Shown here one piece after another: positions 1 through 10,988 of a DNA stretch of 64,000 nt. Below the pieces are notes generated by a model, which ran no database searches, was not told the origin of the DNA, and saw only the letters and a list, made by a program, of their open reading frames with translations. Within the stretch, counting starts at the first letter, position 1; every line of letters begins with the position of its first letter. Position numbers and translations under genes: made by a program. Source of the DNA: a virus; the IMG/VR virus record IMGVR_UViG_3300048582_000084, positions 17,137 to 81,136 of that record, one strand, 5' to 3'.

Positions 1-11
1 TGGCTGAAGAA

Positions 12-3000
12 GTGCGGCTCCAGATGGGCGACCGCCTTCCTATTGCTATGGCTGCTCTTAAGGCAGCGATGGAACGCGTCGATGGTGGCATAGTTGACGT
101 CAATAAGCGTTTTGAAGAGGGCACAATCGATGTTCGGCGCTATGCGATGGCGTTTGTTGAAGAAATCAACCGCATGTCGGGTGGGGCTGAGGCTCTACAG
201 CGGACCTCTACCAGCCTTAGCGCCGCTTTCGGTCGCCTAAGCACTGAATTCCTGCGCTTCTCGCAGGCTCTGGGCGAAGGCGGTCTTACCAACGCCACCA
301 TCACCGTGACTGAGAACCTTAGAAACCTCATGGAGACGGCGCGGGAATCCGGCGCTCTGAATGTTCTTGGAGATGTGCTGGAGAAACTTGCTAACAGCAT
401 GAACCTTTTTGTCGCTGCGGGTGTCGCCCTTGGCGCGCTGTTCGCTGGTCGCATGGTTCAGGCCTTGATATCGTTTGCCGCTGCTGCGAGCCCCGTCGTG
501 CGCGTTCTGTCTCTTCTTGCGGGCGGCGCTGTCCTGGCGTTTGAAATGATCGACCGCGTTACTTCTTCAGGTAGGGCCTTTAACACGTTTAACTCTGCCA
601 TGCGTGATTTCAACACGTCCGCAGAGAATGTTCGTGGCACAATCAGCCAGTTCAACAACGTACTGAGCCAGAATACGCAGCAACTTTCGTCTTCTTCTAC
701 CGCCGTCGAGCGGCGGATCGAGGCGCTTCGACGTTTGGGTGAAGGCGAAGCCGAAGCGACTCGCATCGCGGCGGCAGAAGAGCGCCGCCGCATACAAATC
801 CGCGCCGAGTCGATGCGGGCCGATCTGGCTCGCGCGGAAGCTGCACAGGCTACTCAGAACCGGCAGGCTCTCGGACGCACGGGGCGTGCCTTTGTTGATG
901 GATTTAACAACAGCAGGGCCATTGCTAATTCACCGCGCTTTAACAACATTGCCGACGACGCATCCGCGCACGTTGTTGCCCGATACAACGCTGGAATACA
1001 GGTTGTTACAGATTTTACTAGCGGTGTTCTCACCGCTAGGGAGGCTGTGCGTAAGCTTAATGAGACCTTCGCTGATGGCACCATGCCAAGTGAGATTGAC
1101 GCTATTCGACGCGCAATCAACGAAGCTTCTATGTCTGAGCAGTTCACGGCTAGCGAGGAAGCGATCCGGTCTGCCCGCCGCGAACTAGAGAGCATTGACC
1201 GGGCAATCGCAGAATTTGCCGCAAAATACTCGAATGCGATTAACATCCAAATTAACATGGATTTGGTGCGACGCGAACTTGCCGACGCCCCTAACACCGG
1301 CCAGAACGGTCGAAATGTTCAGCCTCTCTCCGGTGTAGATGCTCAGGGCAACCGGACAGGTGTAGACGGCACGACCGCGTCGGAGATTACACGAAACCCA
1401 ACACCAGCCCGCGCGGCACAAGCCGTTCGCACCGCCCTGACCGAACACAACCTCGACCGCACTATCGACGGCGGAAATCGCTTCGGTTTCGACGCTAGGG
1501 CCGTTAGCGACAGAGAGCTTATTACGCAACTACGCGGTAACCCTCTGTTCCGTAACCTTCTACCGGGAGCTTCCGCCGCTCTAGGTCGTGTCAACATAAA
1601 CGAGGGGGGTGGAGGCAACGCAGCCCGACTGGGCAACGCTGTTGGTGAACTGGTTCAGGACATCAACCGCCAAGCCGACGCAGCGGGTGTCGCTGAGGGC
1701 GCCGCGAAGGCCTATGCTGATGCACTCAACCGGCTGAAAGACGCCGCAGCAAACGCGCAGGGCGGGATCGACATCAACGCGGCCAGCACTGAAGTACTGG
1801 CTGCCGTTACTCGTCGTCTTAACTCTGAGTACGAGGCGTTCAACCGCTATGCCGCGCAGGCAATGGCGTCCAACAACGAAGTCGCTGATGCTTATATCCG
1901 TAGTTCTGAGGCAGGTCAGCAGGCCGAACTACGCATTCGCGCCATGACCGAAGCCCGTAAGACGGCTATTGAGTTCGAAGCCGACGGCGTAACTCGCACC
2001 GCTCTCTATAACCAGCGAGTGAACGAACTAATCACGACGCTGGGACAAGCTGAGCAGGCCGAACGCGGTCTCGCCGCAGCGCGCGAAATTAGCCGCAACA
2101 ATGATGAAATCGAAGTCCTTGAAGCCGAAAGCCGTCTAATCGCTTCCAACGCGGACGCCCGCGAGCGCGAGGTCGCGGCAATCCGCGCACGTCAGCAGGC
2201 CCGTGGGTCTGGTCGCGAGGATGCGGCTGGCCTCAGCGCCGCGCGTGTTGTCGAACTTCGGCAGCGGAACGAACTCATGTCTAACTCTTGGAATGAGATG
2301 GGCCGCGTCGCTGAACAAGCCTTCGAACGCGTCGGCTCCGCGATCACGGAAGCCTTCGCCAAGGGCGAAATTCGTGCGGTGAAGTTCAGCAACATCTACC
2401 GTGCCATCGTGTCTGAAATCATTCAGGCTACGCTGCGTATGGCGGTACTGAATCCTATTCTGAACAGCGCTCTTGGTGGCTCTCGCCCTACGATGGCTGG
2501 GCTGTTCCAAGCGCAAGCTTCTGGGGCTGCTTCTAGCGGGTCCGGTAGCTCTGGTATCGTTGGCGGCGCTGCCAGTATTGCTGGTATGGGAACTTCTATC
2601 AACAACTGGTGGAACGGAACTTCCTCGACCTCTGCCGCCCCCGCGTCAGGCGCTTCGGGAGGCTTTGCCGGTCTAGCTGGCATCGGAGCGTCTATCAGCA
2701 ACTGGTGGAATGGTACGCCAGCAACTGCTGCCGCTGCTTCTACCTACATGGGTCCAGGCGCATTGGCTGACGGCGCGGGCTTCCAGGCAGCAGGTGCTGG
2801 CGCCGCTCCAGCCGCCGCCTCGGGCGCAGCGGGCGGTGCTGGTAGCATGCTCGGCGGCATGGCCCTAGGCTTCGGTCTTGGGTCCATGGCTGGCGGTCTT
2901 GTCGCAGGCAACAGCCGTCCACGTCAGCAGAACGCTCAAATCGGCGCTGCTATCGGCGCCGTTGCTCTAGGCCCTATTGGGGGTCTCGCTGGCGGTCTAA

Positions 3001-5387
3001 TCGGCGGCGCTATCGGCCCAGGCAACCCTCGGTCCTTTGGTCACGTCGGCGTCGAGAGCCGCGACGGTCGTCTTGCTATCACAGGCAGCGGCGGAAAAAA
3101 TACTGACGTCGAAGCTCTACTGAGTTCCGCTCGTCGCGAAATTGAGAGCCTGAACGATCAGCTCGATCAGCGCGGCTGGAGCCTCGGCGGCTCGACCTAT
3201 CTCGGCAACGGCGTAGCCGACATCGAGCAGTTCGATACGCTGGGTGAAAGCACGGCACTGCGGCTGCGGACAGGCGACGCTAGGGTAGATGGAGCCATCG
3301 CCCGCGCTGATGGCGCGAGCCTGGAACGCCAGTTTTCGGTTGCCGAACGCGCCCAAAGTTTCGCAGACCAGCTTGACCAAATGACTAACGCGATCAAGGA
3401 CGCCACCAATCCGCTTGGCGGCATCACGCGAGAATTTGACGAGCTATGGGAACAAGCCGACCGTCTGGGCTTTGGTTGGGATCAGGTCACAGAGGCTGCC
3501 AATAACGCGGTCGCTGAATTCAATCGTAACCGCTATCGCGCGAACGAAGACGCCGCTATGGGTTTCGAGGGTCGCGCCGCCGGTACTGATCGTGCCAAGC
3601 AACTAGCCGCTCAGCAGCGTTCTCTTCAAATCGAACAACAGCGGGAGCGTGAAGACCTAGAGCGGGAACTGATGGCTCTAGGCCTAGATGCTCAATGGGT
3701 TGCCAATCTTCGCCCAGAACTTGAGCGCGCGCAGGCTGTAGAGACGGCAGCGATGGTGAAGGCGTGGGAAGCTCTATGGCGCTCTCAGCGCGAAGCTGTT
3801 GAGGGTCTATCGATCCGTGCTGACCGCGCTCGCGCATCGGTCTCTGGTAACGCTATGGACGCGCAGGGTGCAGACCTTCGCGCCTTTGACCTCCAGGCGT
3901 CCGGTGAAATCATTGACACACGACAGGCCCTTCTCGACCTAGGCCTAGCGGCTGACGCCGTTGAAGCGGAAATCCTCAAGCTTATCGCTACGCACGGGCT
4001 GGAGCGGCAGGCTATTGCCGAAACTTACCAAGCCCGGCGCAACGCTATCGCGACGTCGCTCGACGACCGACTGTTCGCGGCAACCACCGACACGCAGGGG
4101 CTTTCCGGAGCCTTGGCCGCGTTCGAACGGGCGGCTTCTCGGGAACGCGAGCAGGCTGCACGCGAGGGTCTTACGAACCTCGTCCAGCTAGAGGCTGTCC
4201 ATGCGGCCGAGCGTGCTGACCTGATCGAAGAGTTCGCCCGTCAATCCGCTGATCGCATCCGTGCGCTGGGCGGGAGCATTCGGTCCTTCTTGGATGGTCT
4301 CAGCACCGACGCGAGCATCACATCGCCTCAGGATCGTCTGGCGGCTGCTCAAGAGCAGTTCGGGCGCGACCTGACGCTGGCGCGCGGCGGCGATGAAGAA
4401 GCTCTCGGGCGGATCACCGGAACAGCGGATACGCTGCTGACTGCGGGTAAGGACATGTACGCGTCCAGCCCGCAGTTTCAGGCCATTCTGTCTATGGTTC
4501 GGTCGAGCCTTGAAAACCTACCCGCCGTCAAGAACTACGACGCGCTTATTTTGGCTGAATTGCAGAGTCTTCGTGACGGTATCGCCGTCGGCGTTGATCT
4601 TGAGGTCTTCCGTGTTATCACGGAAGCTCTGAACGCGCTGTCTCCTGTGGACCGGGAACGCCTTATCCAAGCTGCTACGGTTCTCCGCAACATCACGCAG
4701 ACTGTTCAGACGCCGAACGGCGACTCTCTGATCACTGAAGCCAATATCACGCGGCAGATTCAGCTAGGCTTCGACTACGCTGTGGCTAACCAGTTCTCTT
4801 ATCTGCACAACCTTGCGGATATTCGCATGTTTCTGTCGCATATTCGGGACATGGCTCGCGGCGGCGCTGGTGGTCTGCGTGTTACGACCTATCAGGCCAG
4901 CGGCGCGGCCAATGACGACTACGCTCGCGGATCGTCCAGCCAGATTAACCCACTGTTCAACCCACTTCCGGCGAGAATCGGCGGCGTAGTCCGCAACTAC
5001 GGCGGGCTTCAGTCCGGTGGATGGGTCGGGAACGGCGCATGGAACCGCGACAGTGTCATCGCTGGTTACGCGGGAGGCGGGTCGATCATGCTGGCCGGTG
5101 GTGAACATGTCACGAACGCTGTCCAGGCCGCTCGATATGAGCCCATTTTGAATAGCATCAATACTGGCGACTATAACCCCAACTTCGGGGGAGGCGAGAT
5201 GACAGCTCAGCTCTCCGCTCTAGCCTCTCAAGTTGCGATGCTTAACACTCAGGTCTCTAACCTACGCGAAGAAGCCGCACGTACCGCTGAAGCAGCGGAG
5301 CGAACGGCCGACGCTGCGGAAGATACCGCAAAGACGAACAAGACAATGGCACGAAACGAAAGTGTCGCGGCTCGGAGGGTGGCGTAA
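12..5387 (+). CDS. Tail tape measure protein (probably 5'-truncated by window edge)
   Basis: 1791-aa Ala/Arg/Glu-rich helical ORF with Gly/Ala hydrophobic stretches and C-terminal GGWVG...DSV...LAGGEHV motif typical of tape measure ends; followed by tail genes. Confidence 0.9.
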   Translation: MRLQMGDRLPIAMAALKAAMERVDGGIVDVNKRFEEGTIDVRRYAMAFVEEINRMSGGAEALQRTSTSLSAAFGRLSTEFLRFSQALGEGGLTNATITVTENLRNLMETARESGALNVLGDVLEKLANSMNLFVAAGVALGALFAGRMVQALISFAAAASPVVRVLSLLAGGAVLAFEMIDRVTSSGRAFNTFNSAMRDFNTSAENVRGTISQFNNVLSQNTQQLSSSSTAVERRIEALRRLGEGEAEATRIAAAEERRRIQIRAESMRADLARAEAAQATQNRQALGRTGRAFVDGFNNSRAIANSPRFNNIADDASAHVVARYNAGIQVVTDFTSGVLTAREAVRKLNETFADGTMPSEIDAIRRAINEASMSEQFTASEEAIRSARRELESIDRAIAEFAAKYSNAINIQINMDLVRRELADAPNTGQNGRNVQPLSGVDAQGNRTGVDGTTASEITRNPTPARAAQAVRTALTEHNLDRTIDGGNRFGFDARAVSDRELITQLRGNPLFRNLLPGASAALGRVNINEGGGGNAARLGNAVGELVQDINRQADAAGVAEGAAKAYADALNRLKDAAANAQGGIDINAASTEVLAAVTRRLNSEYEAFNRYAAQAMASNNEVADAYIRSSEAGQQAELRIRAMTEARKTAIEFEADGVTRTALYNQRVNELITTLGQAEQAERGLAAAREISRNNDEIEVLEAESRLIASNADAREREVAAIRARQQARGSGREDAAGLSAARVVELRQRNELMSNSWNEMGRVAEQAFERVGSAITEAFAKGEIRAVKFSNIYRAIVSEIIQATLRMAVLNPILNSALGGSRPTMAGLFQAQASGAASSGSGSSGIVGGAASIAGMGTSINNWWNGTSSTSAAPASGASGGFAGLAGIGASISNWWNGTPATAAAASTYMGPGALADGAGFQAAGAGAAPAAASGAAGGAGSMLGGMALGFGLGSMAGGLVAGNSRPRQQNAQIGAAIGAVALGPIGGLAGGLIGGAIGPGNPRSFGHVGVESRDGRLAITGSGGKNTDVEALLSSARREIESLNDQLDQRGWSLGGSTYLGNGVADIEQFDTLGESTALRLRTGDARVDGAIARADGASLERQFSVAERAQSFADQLDQMTNAIKDATNPLGGITREFDELWEQADRLGFGWDQVTEAANNAVAEFNRNRYRANEDAAMGFEGRAAGTDRAKQLAAQQRSLQIEQQREREDLERELMALGLDAQWVANLRPELERAQAVETAAMVKAWEALWRSQREAVEGLSIRADRARASVSGNAMDAQGADLRAFDLQASGEIIDTRQALLDLGLAADAVEAEILKLIATHGLERQAIAETYQARRNAIATSLDDRLFAATTDTQGLSGALAAFERAASREREQAAREGLTNLVQLEAVHAAERADLIEEFARQSADRIRALGGSIRSFLDGLSTDASITSPQDRLAAAQEQFGRDLTLARGGDEEALGRITGTADTLLTAGKDMYASSPQFQAILSMVRSSLENLPAVKNYDALILAELQSLRDGIAVGVDLEVFRVITEALNALSPVDRERLIQAATVLRNITQTVQTPNGDSLITEANITRQIQLGFDYAVANQFSYLHNLADIRMFLSHIRDMARGGAGGLRVTTYQASGAANDDYARGSSSQINPLFNPLPARIGGVVRNYGGLQSGGWVGNGAWNRDSVIAGYAGGGSIMLAGGEHVTNAVQAARYEPILNSINTGDYNPNFGGGEMTAQLSALASQVAMLNTQVSNLREEAARTAEAAERTADAAEDTAKTNKTMARNESVAARRVA

Positions 5388-8116
5388 TGCCTTACCTCCT
5401 CCGCGCGCAGCCTTACGATGAGGCTCTCCCAGGTATCCGAAGCCTATATTTCAGTGATGTGGGCTTCACTACCACTCCCGCAGAATCACCCGCGAACGTC
5501 TACTGGGACCGCCGTATTGAGGTTCCTTTGGTAGTTCAGCAGAGCCTATTCTCGGACAGTTCGGTCGGTGGTCGGAGCGAGATCAGCTTCGGTCGCATCA
5601 GTCTGGCTAACGATGACGGCGCTCTAAATGTTCTTGGAGATTACGACTGGGACGGTCGCCTCATTGAGGTACTGTACACAGAAAAAGAACGGCCGGTTTA
5701 TGCTGATTTCATTGCTGTTTTCAGCGGCACCGCCGAGCAGTTTCTTCTTGGTGATATCGTTGAGATTGAGGTCCGAGACCTTCAAATTCTGTTTGAAGAG
5801 CCATTTCAGCCGAGCAAATTCCTTGGAACAGGCGGCGTCGAAGGCCCTACCGAGTACACCGGTCGCCGTAAACCTCACCTTCTCGGGACAAAAAGACAGT
5901 TCACGCCGTTGCCTCTTGATCCCGCAAATCTAGTGTGGTGCTACCACAGCGGTCCAGCAGGCGGCGTCCTGGGAGTTAAGGACTCTGGCGCCGATCTCCC
6001 CTATGCGGGCGACTACCCGAGCTACGCCGCGCTTATCGCTGCGTCCATCCCTGCTGGTCAATATGCGACATGTAATGCTCTTGGACTTCTGCGTTTGAAT
6101 GCTCCACCAATCGGCGTACTCACTATTGATGCTGAGGGTCAGCGCGAAAATCTTCTGATTTCTCCTTTCACGCTGACCCGCACTCAAGCGGGCGGCGCGT
6201 CTTCGACTGCATTGAACAGCGACGGTTTGACTTGGCGCGAGTATGTCGCCAACGCCGCGCGCACGAACGGAACCGCACGCGGTCGCCTTCTTGAGGGCGA
6301 ACGGACCAACGGTATCCGGAACATTCGGGCAGAGGGCACAGCGGGCGCACTTCCTACCAACTGGGCACGCGTCAACGCCGGATCGGGTGTTAATCCTACA
6401 TATTCCGCGATTACAGCGAACGGTATGACAGGACTTCGAATCACATATGTCGGAACCACCGCAGGCGTTCCGGGTACGGAAACTATCGAGTTCGATGGGC
6501 GAACTCCCGGTATTTTCGCCGCGAACGCGGGGGTTCTTATCAACAGCTCGTTTTTCTACCGCCTATCCAGTGGAGCCCTGCCTGTAGGCGCTCCGGTTGT
6601 ACAGAATCGAATTGTTACCTTCAACAATGCTGGCACTGTTATCGCCGCTACTGGTCAAAATTTTACGGCGTTGGATGGTGACATTCGCAGGACTTCCCAC
6701 ACCCACACCCCCGCCGCAGGCGTTGGAGTAAACGGTAGAGCTATCAGCGGTATTCACTTTGGGACGTGGCCCGCGAGTACTGCTGTAAATTTTTCTATCG
6801 ACGTTTTTTGGCCGCAACTTGAGACGGGGTGGTCTGCCTCGTCCCCAATTCTTCCGACAAGCGGCACTCCCGCTTCGGCTACTCGCGGTTCCGATATTGT
6901 TTCTGCTCCTTTGTCTTCCTTGGGTGTACCTTCGACGGGAACATGCACGGTTCTGTGGAGTGGCGTAATTCCACAACAATCCCCGACAGGTTTTGGTCAA
7001 AACCTAGTACAGCTTGAACAAACTGGCTCAGACGCCAACAGCTATAGGCTCCGCAACCCCGCTGCCAGCAACAGTATTGATTTGATGCGAGTCAACGCAG
7101 GCGTTGTTAGCAGCATCTCTCTTGGCACGATGACTCCGGGCACGGCGTTTAGAGCGGGTTTCGTTATCAACGGTTCTGGCCGAATGGCTGGAAGTTTCAA
7201 CGGCGGCGCGGTTCAAGCCGTGACTGGAGGCGTGACGACAGGCCTGACGGACATGCGGGTTGGAAACATTGTCAGCGGACTACAACCGCTGTTCGGTGAT
7301 GTTGCTGTGTTCCGTGTGCTTCCATACGCCCTATCAGACGCGGACCTCCAAACCGCAGTTGCGGCCCTGCCCGTCGTTAATGGGACGCTGAAAACTTTTG
7401 CCGATATCGCCCAGCACAGTATTCTTCGCTCTGTCCCTCTGACCCTCGCAGATTTCAACCCGACGACTGTAAGTGCGCTGAACACTAGCTGTTCGCAAGG
7501 CCTAGGTTACTGGTACGGTGGAGATTCCGAAGAACCACTACGTGGTGTACTGGACACACTCGCGTCGAGTGTGGGCGTTTATTACGGGTTTGACGAGTCG
7601 AGGAAGATTTTCTTCGGACGGTTCGAGGCTCCAGCCGTCACGCCTGACTATGTGTTTAGTGAGCGAGACATTTACGACCTTCAACCTATCCCAGCGGATC
7701 GCCGCCTCAAGACTCAGATCGTAGCGTGGGGAGAGCGCGTCAGGCCTCTGGAAGATCAAGAGATTGCCGGTACCATTACTGGAACCTCACGAACCGCTTT
7801 GATGGAGAAGTGGCGGCTTGAGACCCATACAAGTTCTTCTGTCGCGACAGCTTCCCTACTCGCGCGCGAAGAACGCATTGATAGCTCCTTCGACGTCCTT
7901 GCGGATGCTCAGAACGAAGCGCAGCGCCGTGTTGCGCTCTTTGGTCCACGCCGTCAGGCGTTCACCGTGGAGGTCCCATTCACGCCGAACCTGCGACCAG
8001 GGCATACTGTCGAACTTCAAGACAGTCGCCTCATCGGTGTGGCTAAGCGCTTTCGGGTTCTTAAGATCGAGCGAGACGCGTCCGAGCAGAGAGTTACAAT
8101 GGAAGTTTGGGGATGA
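5387..8116 (+). CDS. Tail/baseplate hub-like protein with large internal beta-rich (carbohydrate-binding-like) insertion
   Basis: Directly follows TMP (TAATG overlap); central ~400 aa resembles the 9724..10983 protein. Confidence 0.7.
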   Translation: MPYLLRAQPYDEALPGIRSLYFSDVGFTTTPAESPANVYWDRRIEVPLVVQQSLFSDSSVGGRSEISFGRISLANDDGALNVLGDYDWDGRLIEVLYTEKERPVYADFIAVFSGTAEQFLLGDIVEIEVRDLQILFEEPFQPSKFLGTGGVEGPTEYTGRRKPHLLGTKRQFTPLPLDPANLVWCYHSGPAGGVLGVKDSGADLPYAGDYPSYAALIAASIPAGQYATCNALGLLRLNAPPIGVLTIDAEGQRENLLISPFTLTRTQAGGASSTALNSDGLTWREYVANAARTNGTARGRLLEGERTNGIRNIRAEGTAGALPTNWARVNAGSGVNPTYSAITANGMTGLRITYVGTTAGVPGTETIEFDGRTPGIFAANAGVLINSSFFYRLSSGALPVGAPVVQNRIVTFNNAGTVIAATGQNFTALDGDIRRTSHTHTPAAGVGVNGRAISGIHFGTWPASTAVNFSIDVFWPQLETGWSASSPILPTSGTPASATRGSDIVSAPLSSLGVPSTGTCTVLWSGVIPQQSPTGFGQNLVQLEQTGSDANSYRLRNPAASNSIDLMRVNAGVVSSISLGTMTPGTAFRAGFVINGSGRMAGSFNGGAVQAVTGGVTTGLTDMRVGNIVSGLQPLFGDVAVFRVLPYALSDADLQTAVAALPVVNGTLKTFADIAQHSILRSVPLTLADFNPTTVSALNTSCSQGLGYWYGGDSEEPLRGVLDTLASSVGVYYGFDESRKIFFGRFEAPAVTPDYVFSERDIYDLQPIPADRRLKTQIVAWGERVRPLEDQEIAGTITGTSRTALMEKWRLETHTSSSVATASLLAREERIDSSFDVLADAQNEAQRRVALFGPRRQAFTVEVPFTPNLRPGHTVELQDSRLIGVAKRFRVLKIERDASEQRVTMEVWG

Positions 8117-8123
8117 CAAAAAA

Positions 8124-8134
8124 TGTGGTATAAT
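8124..8134 (+). promoter_or_regulatory. Candidate sigma70 extended -10 element (TGTGGTATAAT)
   Basis: Perfect TGnTATAAT in the AT-rich gap before 8192. Confidence 0.4.
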
Positions 8135-8191
8135 CCGGTCCTTAGGGCTTAAAGCACTTTAGCCCCTTCATGTTTTCCCCTACCCAACGCT

Positions 8192-9070
8192 ATGCCCCGA
8201 GAGGCGATTTTGTCTAATCTTTCTATATTGTGGCGAAAGCCGACAGATTCTGGGACATTCAGCGGCGGTTCCTGGGCGGCTGGGCTACCGCTAAACAATC
8301 TGAAAACCGCAGACGTAAAGCAGGTTGCTAGGTCAACGAACGCAACCACAGCGTTTACTCAGTTTCGCGTCGATTGCGGCCTACCCATGAACGCTATTTC
8401 TATGTTCGCTGTCCTGAATCACAACATGTCTACTTCAGCTAGAATTAGATATGTAGTCACCAACAGCGAGACGGACGTTGTCCTTGATCGCGTCTATGAC
8501 AGCGGACTAATTCCCGTATGGGTTCCTACAGTCGGGTTTGGAACCCTGCCTTGGGGTGTAATGCCCTGGGACGGTATCTCAACTGATGGGTATCCCGGAG
8601 GCACTATCTGCTTTCATTTGGCGCCCGAACCTTACTATGGACGATACATTTTTATCTACATCGAGGATACGGCGAACCCGTCCGGATACATCGAAATTGG
8701 TAGGTTCCTCGCGGGAGAAGCGTGGTCTCCCGCCATCAACATGTCCTATGGCGCAGCTATTCAAGTTGTCGATCCCTCGGAAAGCCGCAGAACACGCGGC
8801 GGTAGGAAGATTGTCCAAGAGCGACCAAAGTATCGAACCCTCAATCTTACACTAGAGGATCAGAATCAGTACGATTCTCTCAGTGTTGTTTTTGAAATAT
8901 CCCGACAAGTTGGGAAGGGGGGTAACATGCTTGTTGTATATGACGTAGATGACAACTCTTCGATACTTTTCCGTCGCACATTCTACGGTTCTCTTGTCGA
9001 TACTGCCCCCATTTCTCAGACATACTACGATTCTTATTCGACAGAGTTCTCCTTAGAAGAGCTTATCTAA
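8192..9070 (+). CDS. Tail protein (distal tail/baseplate-like)
   Basis: Position in tail operon; NPSGYIEIGRFLAG and INMSYGA motifs resemble alphaproteobacterial siphophage tail proteins. Confidence 0.6.
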   Translation: MPREAILSNLSILWRKPTDSGTFSGGSWAAGLPLNNLKTADVKQVARSTNATTAFTQFRVDCGLPMNAISMFAVLNHNMSTSARIRYVVTNSETDVVLDRVYDSGLIPVWVPTVGFGTLPWGVMPWDGISTDGYPGGTICFHLAPEPYYGRYIFIYIEDTANPSGYIEIGRFLAGEAWSPAINMSYGAAIQVVDPSESRRTRGGRKIVQERPKYRTLNLTLEDQNQYDSLSVVFEISRQVGKGGNMLVVYDVDDNSSILFRRTFYGSLVDTAPISQTYYDSYSTEFSLEELI

Positions 9071-9103
9071 AATTCACTACACACCTTACTGGAGATTCTT
9101 TAG

Positions 9104-9721
9104 TTGACTTACCCTGTAACTTTCGGCGGGGAGACTTTCGTCGAATCTGATTTCACTGGTTACGCCTACACCAACAACTGGGAGCGTTTTCTGACTGCTT
9201 ATGCCCAGGCCGGTCAGGACGTCGAAGACCTCATTGCAGCAAGCACAGTATCTTTTGAAGGTATCCGTGAGGCGTCCGAAGACGCTAGGGACGCTTCCGC
9301 CGGGTCGGCCGCAGCAGCAGCGGCGTCTCTTGCAGCGGCTCAACTCCTCACAGGAGGCTCGCAAGGCATCGGGCCGGGCGCACTTTCGCTTCCCCGTGGT
9401 ATCGATCTAGGGGATGCGGCTTACTGGGACAGCATGTCACTCGCTGGGCGGTTCATCCTTCAGCAGAACACATCCTATCAGATGGTGCCTCAGGACTTTA
9501 GGAAGCTACTGTTGGGCCTAAGCGGGGCGCCTACATACACACTACCCCTGGCAAGCGATGTTCCCATCGGGTGGTGGGTAGAAGTTAAAGCGCGCGGTAC
9601 CACAATCACGGTTGCCCGAGCCGGGGCGGATACCGTTGACGGTACCACATCTCTTTCTATCACAACTGGTACAGCTCGGCGGATAGTCCGAAGCGGCGCC
9701 ACTTCGTTTGAGTCGATCTAA
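9104..9721 (+). CDS. Tail fibre/adaptor-like protein
   Basis: TYTLPLAS...GWWVEVK...TITVARAGADTVDG motif as in fibre-associated domains; tail operon. Confidence 0.5.
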   Translation: MTYPVTFGGETFVESDFTGYAYTNNWERFLTAYAQAGQDVEDLIAASTVSFEGIREASEDARDASAGSAAAAAASLAAAQLLTGGSQGIGPGALSLPRGIDLGDAAYWDSMSLAGRFILQQNTSYQMVPQDFRKLLLGLSGAPTYTLPLASDVPIGWWVEVKARGTTITVARAGADTVDGTTSLSITTGTARRIVRSGATSFESI

Positions 9722-9723
9722 AC

Positions 9724-10983
9724 ATGAGCATTATTCGACCATCTCTGATGATGGACTTTTCGGCAACAAACCGCCGTATTCCTCCAACTTTGTCTTTCTC
9801 CCGCACAAGCGGCGCGACGGTCCTAGGAAATGCTGGTTCTTGGAGAGAGGTCCCAGCCAACGTGCCGCGTTTTCAGCACGACCCTATTACTGGGGCCTGC
9901 CTAGGAATTTTGCGGGAAGCTAGCACAACAAACAACAACCGGAACCCTCGCGGCGAGGGAACCGGCGGCACGTCGGGTGCGCCCACTAATTGGGTTGTTG
10001 GTTTGGGTGGTCTCACTCTTACTAAGGTCGGGAATTTCGTAGTTAACGGTGTTGACGTAACTCGCCTCCGCTTGAACGGCACAGCGTCTGGTGTGACGGC
10101 AACGGTGGATTTCGAAACCACAACTGGGATCGTTGCTGCACCTAGCCAGTCTTGGACTAGCAGCTTCTTTTATCGTACTTTTAGCGGTTCTGGTGCCCCC
10201 AACAACTATCGCTTCCGAATGAACGGCAGAACGGCTGCTGGCGCGGGAGTTAGCGGTAACTCGTTTAACACTACGATTTTCTCTCCAACTTCTGTTCTTA
10301 CACGGTACGAGCGCTCGGAGACACTGACTTCGGACGTTTCTATCGAACGAGTGACTAATGGCGTTCAGTTCGACCTAACAAATGGAGCGGCTTACGACTT
10401 CACTTTTGATGTCGGTTGGCCGCAGATGGAGCTAGGCCTTTTCGCGTCTTCCCCCGTTCTTCCTCCAGTTGGCGCACCCGCCGCTACAGCGCGTTCTGCC
10501 GACAGCATCTCGCTAGCCCTAGCTGACTTTGGGCTGGCTTCCCTTCCAGAGTACACGGTAGTTGCTTCCGCGCTTGCGGGGTCGTCTACTATCTCTACTA
10601 ACCAGTCTATCGTTGAGCTGCATAACGGCACTGCGGACGAAGTCATCCAGTTGGTTCGCCGGGGATCAGGCGGCAACGCCCGTGGTTTTGTGATCACCAG
10701 TGGTGTCGAACAGGGACCACTCGACGCAAACCTTATTTCTATTCCTACCGGGGCCGCTTACACGGTAGCGTTCGGTGTCAAGTCCAACGATCTTGCGATC
10801 ACTTTTAACGGCTCTGCTGTGGCCATTGATACCAGCGCTGCTGTACCAACGGTCCTCACTACTATGCACCTAGGTGGCGCCCGCGCCGGTGACCGCGCTA
10901 TTGCGAGTACTTTGCGCCGTGTTGCTGTTTACCCGCGCCGCCTAACAAACGCTCAACTTCAGACGATTGCGGCGGGAGTCTAA
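9724..10983 (+). CDS. Fibre/spike-like receptor-binding protein (beta-sandwich plus LamG-like C-terminus)
   Basis: LSFSRTSGAT...VPRF...GILREASTTN start, PQMELGLFASSP and YPRRLTNAQLQ end, typical of phage spike/fibre domains. Confidence 0.65.
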   Translation: MSIIRPSLMMDFSATNRRIPPTLSFSRTSGATVLGNAGSWREVPANVPRFQHDPITGACLGILREASTTNNNRNPRGEGTGGTSGAPTNWVVGLGGLTLTKVGNFVVNGVDVTRLRLNGTASGVTATVDFETTTGIVAAPSQSWTSSFFYRTFSGSGAPNNYRFRMNGRTAAGAGVSGNSFNTTIFSPTSVLTRYERSETLTSDVSIERVTNGVQFDLTNGAAYDFTFDVGWPQMELGLFASSPVLPPVGAPAATARSADSISLALADFGLASLPEYTVVASALAGSSTISTNQSIVELHNGTADEVIQLVRRGSGGNARGFVITSGVEQGPLDANLISIPTGAAYTVAFGVKSNDLAITFNGSAVAIDTSAAVPTVLTTMHLGGARAGDRAIASTLRRVAVYPRRLTNAQLQTIAAGV

Positions 10984-10988
10984 TCACT

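Noticed and set aside
5387-10983. Diversity-generating retroelement acting on the duplicated tail modules
   Set aside because: Similarity is only at the protein level; no near-identical TR/VR pair or reverse transcriptase in the window.
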